Shown piece by piece: positions 59,873 through 64,000 of a stretch of 64,000 bases of DNA. Source of the DNA: Pedobacter sp. Lineage in GTDB: Bacteria; Desulfobacterota; Desulfuromonadia; Desulfuromonadales; Syntrophotaleaceae. The notes under the pieces are model-generated. The model saw only the letters and a program-made list of their open reading frames with translations, had not been told where the DNA came from and made no database searches. The stretch spans positions 576,001 to 640,000 of the forward strand of contig JBFWJC010000001.1 in assembly GCA_050253415.1 (NCBI GenBank). The letters are read 5' to 3'. The position numbers were made by a program, and so were the translations under genes. Within the stretch, counting starts at the first letter, position 1; every line of letters starts with the position of its first letter.

Positions 59873-60346
59873 ATGTATTCGCAAAATAGGATCATTTTGG
59901 TTGCCATGACTGCCGACCGTATTATCGGTCATCAAGGAGAACTGCCTTGGGATATCCCTCAAGACCTGGCGTTGTTCCGGCGATTAACCATTGGTCATAC
60001 GCTGGTGATGGGGAGAAAAACTTTCGAGTCTATAGGTCGGCCTTTGCCCCAACGTATCAATATTGTAGTCAGCCGAAGTATGCCGCCGATGGATGGGGTG
60101 ATTGTATGTCCTGATTTTTCCAGTGCCGTAGAGCGAGCCAGTCGGGAGGGCGGCAAAGTTTTTTTTATTGGTGGCCGAGAGATCTATAGGCAGGCCTTGC
60201 CGCTGGCAGGGAAGCTGTCCGTTTCCTGGATCAAGAAAGACTACACGGGCGATTGCCGGTTTCCCGCTTTCCGACAAAGCGATTGGCTTATCGAACAAGA
60301 ATGGGATTATCCGGAGTTTCGTCACATCATATATCAACGCAAATAA
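59873..60346 (+). CDS. folA: Dihydrofolate reductase
   Basis: IIG..G.LPW.IP.DL..F, MGRKTFESIGRPLP.R.NIV, IGG..IY, GD..FP. Confidence 0.93.
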   Translation: MYSQNRIILVAMTADRIIGHQGELPWDIPQDLALFRRLTIGHTLVMGRKTFESIGRPLPQRINIVVSRSMPPMDGVIVCPDFSSAVERASREGGKVFFIGGREIYRQALPLAGKLSVSWIKKDYTGDCRFPAFRQSDWLIEQEWDYPEFRHIIYQRK

Positions 60347-60467
60347 GCCGGACGTGACGAGGTTGTTGTTTTCCTTGTCGTGCCCCTTTTTCAAGCAGGC
60401 AATTTGTGTCCCTTCCTCTATGCTTTTGAACTGATTTAAAAATCCGATCCTTTGGCCTGGTTACATT

Positions 60468-61112
60468 CTATTCTGTCAGCTCCGATACCGTTGCAGGTGT
60501 GATAACGATATTGCCGAGGTCTTTTTCGAGGTTTTCAAGAATCTCGGACAGAGAGGTATTCCAGGCATCGACAAGCGCGTCGGAAGAGGTACTGTTCAAA
60601 GGGGTCTCACTACGATAACTACGATTTAGCAGGATGCTGCTGGGCCCACGATGATCGAGGAGTAAAAACGCTATTTCAAGGACTGCGTAGGGTTGCTGCG
60701 AGCGAAAATCACCGTATAGATCAATGATCTGTCCCTGCAGCATATAATCGGGCGGGAGGGGGCCGGACGAAGAACTGACAGCTGAAAAGATGCCGCTTGC
60801 CGATAGCCAGCGGACCACCACCTCTTGGGCGAGGCTGGCAGGCGACACTAGAAATTCATGGTAAAAATCAGCTTGGTAGCGAGACGCCCCCTTGCGGTAG
60901 ACAAAACTGCGTCCGGCAAAGCGCGGAGAGATGCGTAAGGGGGTAACCTGCAAAATTCCGGGGATCTTGGCCGTGGACGAGGATGCGGGGTGTTCTGCCG
61001 AAAGTACGTAGCTGATTTTTTCCGGTGCACGCTGGCCAAGGCGTACACAGCCCGGCAACAGCCAGCCAGCCAAAATCAGGCATATTGATAAACGTGTCAG
61101 AGAAGGATTCAT
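60468..61112 (-). CDS. ABC transport auxiliary lipoprotein (PqiC-like)
   Basis: Lipobox LPGC; last gene of the Mce operon. Confidence 0.75.
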   Translation of the reverse strand: MNPSLTRLSICLILAGWLLPGCVRLGQRAPEKISYVLSAEHPASSSTAKIPGILQVTPLRISPRFAGRSFVYRKGASRYQADFYHEFLVSPASLAQEVVVRWLSASGIFSAVSSSSGPLPPDYMLQGQIIDLYGDFRSQQPYAVLEIAFLLLDHRGPSSILLNRSYRSETPLNSTSSDALVDAWNTSLSEILENLEKDLGNIVITPATVSELTE

Positions 61113-61114
61113 CG

Positions 61115-62095
61115 TCAAGGCTCCACAGAAGGGGGAGGTGTGCCGAAGATTACCTGCGCAGGATAGGTCCGGGCATTTTCCGACAGGTCCAGAAGATTTT
61201 CAGAGGTCTGGCGAAAATTGTTCAAGGTGGTCTCGATGGTCTGTTGCTCCGCAGTCAGAAGGGCGCTCATCTGTCGCAAACTGTTGCCTAGTGGCGCCAG
61301 GTCTTTTGGGAGTTCCGTGGCCAGCGTCTCGAGCTGCCGGGAGCTGCGTGTCAAGGATTGGGACAACTCCGGTAGAGTGGCAAAAAACTGTTGCAGGGGG
61401 GCGTCACCAGCTGCCAAAAGCTTATCGATACGGTTGTTGGTGGTACGCAGTTCTTTCAGCAATGCTACGGACTGATCGCTGATTTGAGCGACATGGGCGT
61501 CCCCCATTACGCGATTCAGAGCTGTGACGGCTTGCTCAATGCCTCCCGTGATCCGTGCGATATCGAGATTATCCAGATTTTTTAAGATCTTATCCACCGC
61601 TTCTGTGTAGCGCGTAATGGTGCTGGGTGCCGAGGGAATATAGGGATTCTCCGGCTTCCAGTCGATATCCAGGCAGGGGGCCTGTTCCGCCGGCAGGTAG
61701 TCGGCTTCGAGAAAAGCCAGGCCGGTCACGCCCTGAAAGGCCATGCGTATGCGCAACCCCTGATCTATTTCCTCCGACAGGCCCTTCTGAATGACATTTG
61801 CGGTGCGTCCCAATGAGTGTCTCAGCAGAGCGATTCGCACCAACACATAACGTTTTTGGGTATCGTACACCGAGTCGACCAAAGTGATGGCTTCGACCTT
61901 GCCGACCTGTACGCCGCGGATCTTTACCGCCGAACCGATGTCGAGTCCCTGGACCGATTCATCGAAGTAGGTTTCAACCAGAATCTGTTTTTGGAACAGG
62001 CTGCCGGCACCCAAGACAACGATGGCTGTCATAGCAATGATGGTGGCGCAGATTACGAACAGTCCGATTTTTAGATAGTTGGCTCGCTCACTCAT
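61115..62095 (-). CDS. MlaD/MCE family protein
   Basis: N-terminal TM, ESVQGLDIGSAVKIRGVQVGKV, helical C-terminus. Confidence 0.88.
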   Translation of the reverse strand: MSERANYLKIGLFVICATIIAMTAIVVLGAGSLFQKQILVETYFDESVQGLDIGSAVKIRGVQVGKVEAITLVDSVYDTQKRYVLVRIALLRHSLGRTANVIQKGLSEEIDQGLRIRMAFQGVTGLAFLEADYLPAEQAPCLDIDWKPENPYIPSAPSTITRYTEAVDKILKNLDNLDIARITGGIEQAVTALNRVMGDAHVAQISDQSVALLKELRTTNNRIDKLLAAGDAPLQQFFATLPELSQSLTRSSRQLETLATELPKDLAPLGNSLRQMSALLTAEQQTIETTLNNFRQTSENLLDLSENARTYPAQVIFGTPPPSVEP

Positions 62096-62885
62096 GGGGA
62101 GGTCTGTCCTCCTGTTGCATTACGACCGGGAGCGTTTCCCGGCGGAAAAAAGATCGCACCCAGGGATCGGTGCTGGTATCGCGCAATTGAGCCGGGCTGC
62201 CTGAGGCAACGATGCCTTTGGCCCGTTGATCCAGCATGATGACCCGATCGGCGACGGCAAAAATGCTGGGCAGTTCGTGAGTGACGATGACAAAAGTCAT
62301 ATCCAGGCTCTCTGCCAGCTGCAGGATAAGCTGGTCCATTTCAGCCGAGATGATGGGGTCGAGACCGGCCGTCGGCTCGTCCAGAAACAGGATTTGCGGA
62401 TCGAGGACCATGGCGCGGGCAATGGCGGCACGTTTACGCATGCCACCGCTGAGTTCCGATGGCAGGTATTGATCGAAGCCGTTCAGGCCGACCAATTGCA
62501 GTTTCATCGCGGCAACCAGATCCATGGCCGGACCAGGCAGGTCTGTGAACTCTTCCAGCGGCAGCCGTACATTTTCCATCAGAGTCAGCGAACCGAACAG
62601 GGCGCCACTTTGATACATGACGCCGATCGAACGCAGCAACGAGCGTCGCTGCGCCCCCTCGGCAGTCACCATGTCCAGCCCGTCATAGAGGATTTGTCCC
62701 GTTTGGGGGCGATGCAGGCCAATCATGTTTTTCACCAGGGTGCTTTTGCCGCATCCAGAGCCACCCAGCACGACAAATATCTCTCCTCGTCTGACGTCGA
62801 AGGAAACATCCTGAAGTACAGTGGTGTTGCCATAGCCGACGGTAAGGTTTTTCACCTCGATAATCGCCTCTTGCGGTGCGGGCAT
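62088..62885 (-). CDS. MlaF-type ABC ATPase
   Basis: GGSGCGKST, ELSGGMRKRA, FLDEPTAGLDP, VTHE. Confidence 0.9.
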   Translation of the reverse strand: MPAPQEAIIEVKNLTVGYGNTTVLQDVSFDVRRGEIFVVLGGSGCGKSTLVKNMIGLHRPQTGQILYDGLDMVTAEGAQRRSLLRSIGVMYQSGALFGSLTLMENVRLPLEEFTDLPGPAMDLVAAMKLQLVGLNGFDQYLPSELSGGMRKRAAIARAMVLDPQILFLDEPTAGLDPIISAEMDQLILQLAESLDMTFVIVTHELPSIFAVADRVIMLDQRAKGIVASGSPAQLRDTSTDPWVRSFFRRETLPVVMQQEDRPPHE

Positions 62886-62890
62886 AGCGA

Positions 62891-64000
62891 TCAAATCCCC
62901 AGAAAATAGTAAGCCACAGCGAACAGGCCATCGGCAATGACTATTAGAATGATGCCGGAGACCACCGCTCGGGTAGCGGAATCGCCAACGGCGCTGGCGC
63001 CACTGCGGGTTTTCAGTCCGTACAGGCAGCCGACGCCTGCCACGATCAAGGCAAAAACCACAGTCTTGGCCAGACCGCCGGTAAGGTCGAGTAGACCGAC
63101 GGCGGCTTTAACCTGGTTGATGTAGGAGACCAGCGGGTAGCCGAGGGATAGAAGGACAACCGCACCACCGACCAATCCCATTAGATTGGCAAACAGGCTC
63201 AGCAGCGGCATGATGATAATCGTGGCCAGTACCCGCGTTACGACTAAAAAAGGCACCGGGGCCAGCCCCATGGTGGTTAAAGCATCGATCTCCTCATTGA
63301 TTTTCATGGTTCCCAATTCGGCAGCAAAAGCCGAACCGGAGCGGCCGGCCAGCAATAGCGCTGTCATCAGGGGACCGAGTTCGCGCAACATGGACAGGGC
63401 GGTGAGGTTGGCCACGTAGATTTCCACACCGAACTGGCGCATGGGAATGGTTGCCTGGAAAGCCATAATCAAGCCGATCAGAAAACTGATCAGGCTTACA
63501 ATAGGCAGCGCATTGACGCCGGCTTTTTCCATAACCAGCCAGACTTCCGGCCAGCGCACCGAGCCGGGGTGGCGTGCAGCGTGCAATAGGGCCAATGTCA
63601 GTTCGCCGGTAAATCGGATCATATCAAGCATACCGCCCCAGGCCTGAACCACCAGTCGGCCTGCTTCTTCAGGCAGGCAGCATGGTTGCGGTCGGCTGCT
63701 GCGTATTTCGAGAAAATCTTCCGGTCGGTACTGGGCCCAGAGGAGGGCAAATTCCTCTTGCAAGCCGTTCAGACTGTATTGTCCCTGGCGTTTCAGTTGC
63801 CGACGCGCCAGTTCCATCAATAGTCCCATGCCGGCACCGTCACAATAGGTGATATCATCGGCTTTTACGCGTAACTGTTGCGGGGCGGTATTTTCCACAA
63901 GATTGACCAGGGGGTACCATAACTGGGCGGTGACGGATGCATCGAGTCGTCCGGTGAAGGACAGGGATAGTGTCTCTTCACCATGCTCCAGAATCCGGCA
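62891..64000 (-). CDS. STAS-fused MlaE-type ABC permease (start beyond window end)
   Basis: RELGPLMTA...AGRSGSAFAAELGTMK..EEIDAL; the frame is open to the window edge with STAS-like LSFTGRLD. Confidence 0.88.
   Translation of the reverse strand, partial: CRILEHGEETLSLSFTGRLDASVTAQLWYPLVNLVENTAPQQLRVKADDITYCDGAGMGLLMELARRQLKRQGQYSLNGLQEEFALLWAQYRPEDFLEIRSSRPQPCCLPEEAGRLVVQAWGGMLDMIRFTGELTLALLHAARHPGSVRWPEVWLVMEKAGVNALPIVSLISFLIGLIMAFQATIPMRQFGVEIYVANLTALSMLRELGPLMTALLLAGRSGSAFAAELGTMKINEEIDALTTMGLAPVPFLVVTRVLATIIIMPLLSLFANLMGLVGGAVVLLSLGYPLVSYINQVKAAVGLLDLTGGLAKTVVFALIVAGVGCLYGLKTRSGASAVGDSATRAVVSGIILIVIADGLFAVAYYFLGI

Overview
About 64 kb of chromosomal DNA from a GC-rich anaerobic deltaproteobacterium. 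Gene content and a Geobacter-like pilin helix point to Desulfuromonadales, Pelobacter/Syntrophotalea-like; this is inference, not a database hit. Mostly housekeeping and accessory genes: ion transporters (SLC12/CCC, AEC, an atypical ClC), PIN-PhoH plus HNH, a tandem CDP-alcohol phosphotransferase, an NO/O2 defence cluster (hcp versus perR-rbr-rubredoxin-fprA), uvrD, a complete pgaABCD PNAG operon, modABC, groESL with CIRCE, moaA/moaC, glcD-glcF plus a triheme cytochrome, radA, dksA, an acylating aldehyde dehydrogenase, folA and an Mla/Mce ABC system. A clear ZTP (pfl) riboswitch precedes a class V aminotransferase. No rRNA, tRNA, CRISPR array or transposase was seen. Best leads: (1) a monocistronic Zn-ribbon/TM2 membrane protein fused to an uncleavable, aromatic-rich Geobacter PilA-like helix; (2) a GNAT-HDAC fusion; (3) a stand-alone secreted PgaB-C/GH153-like hydrolase coupled between radA and moaC; (4) a ClC lacking its central Cl- site residues; (5) candidate structured RNA leaders upstream of terC and a PstS-like gene; (6) a CACGAAG 9-mer palindromic element.
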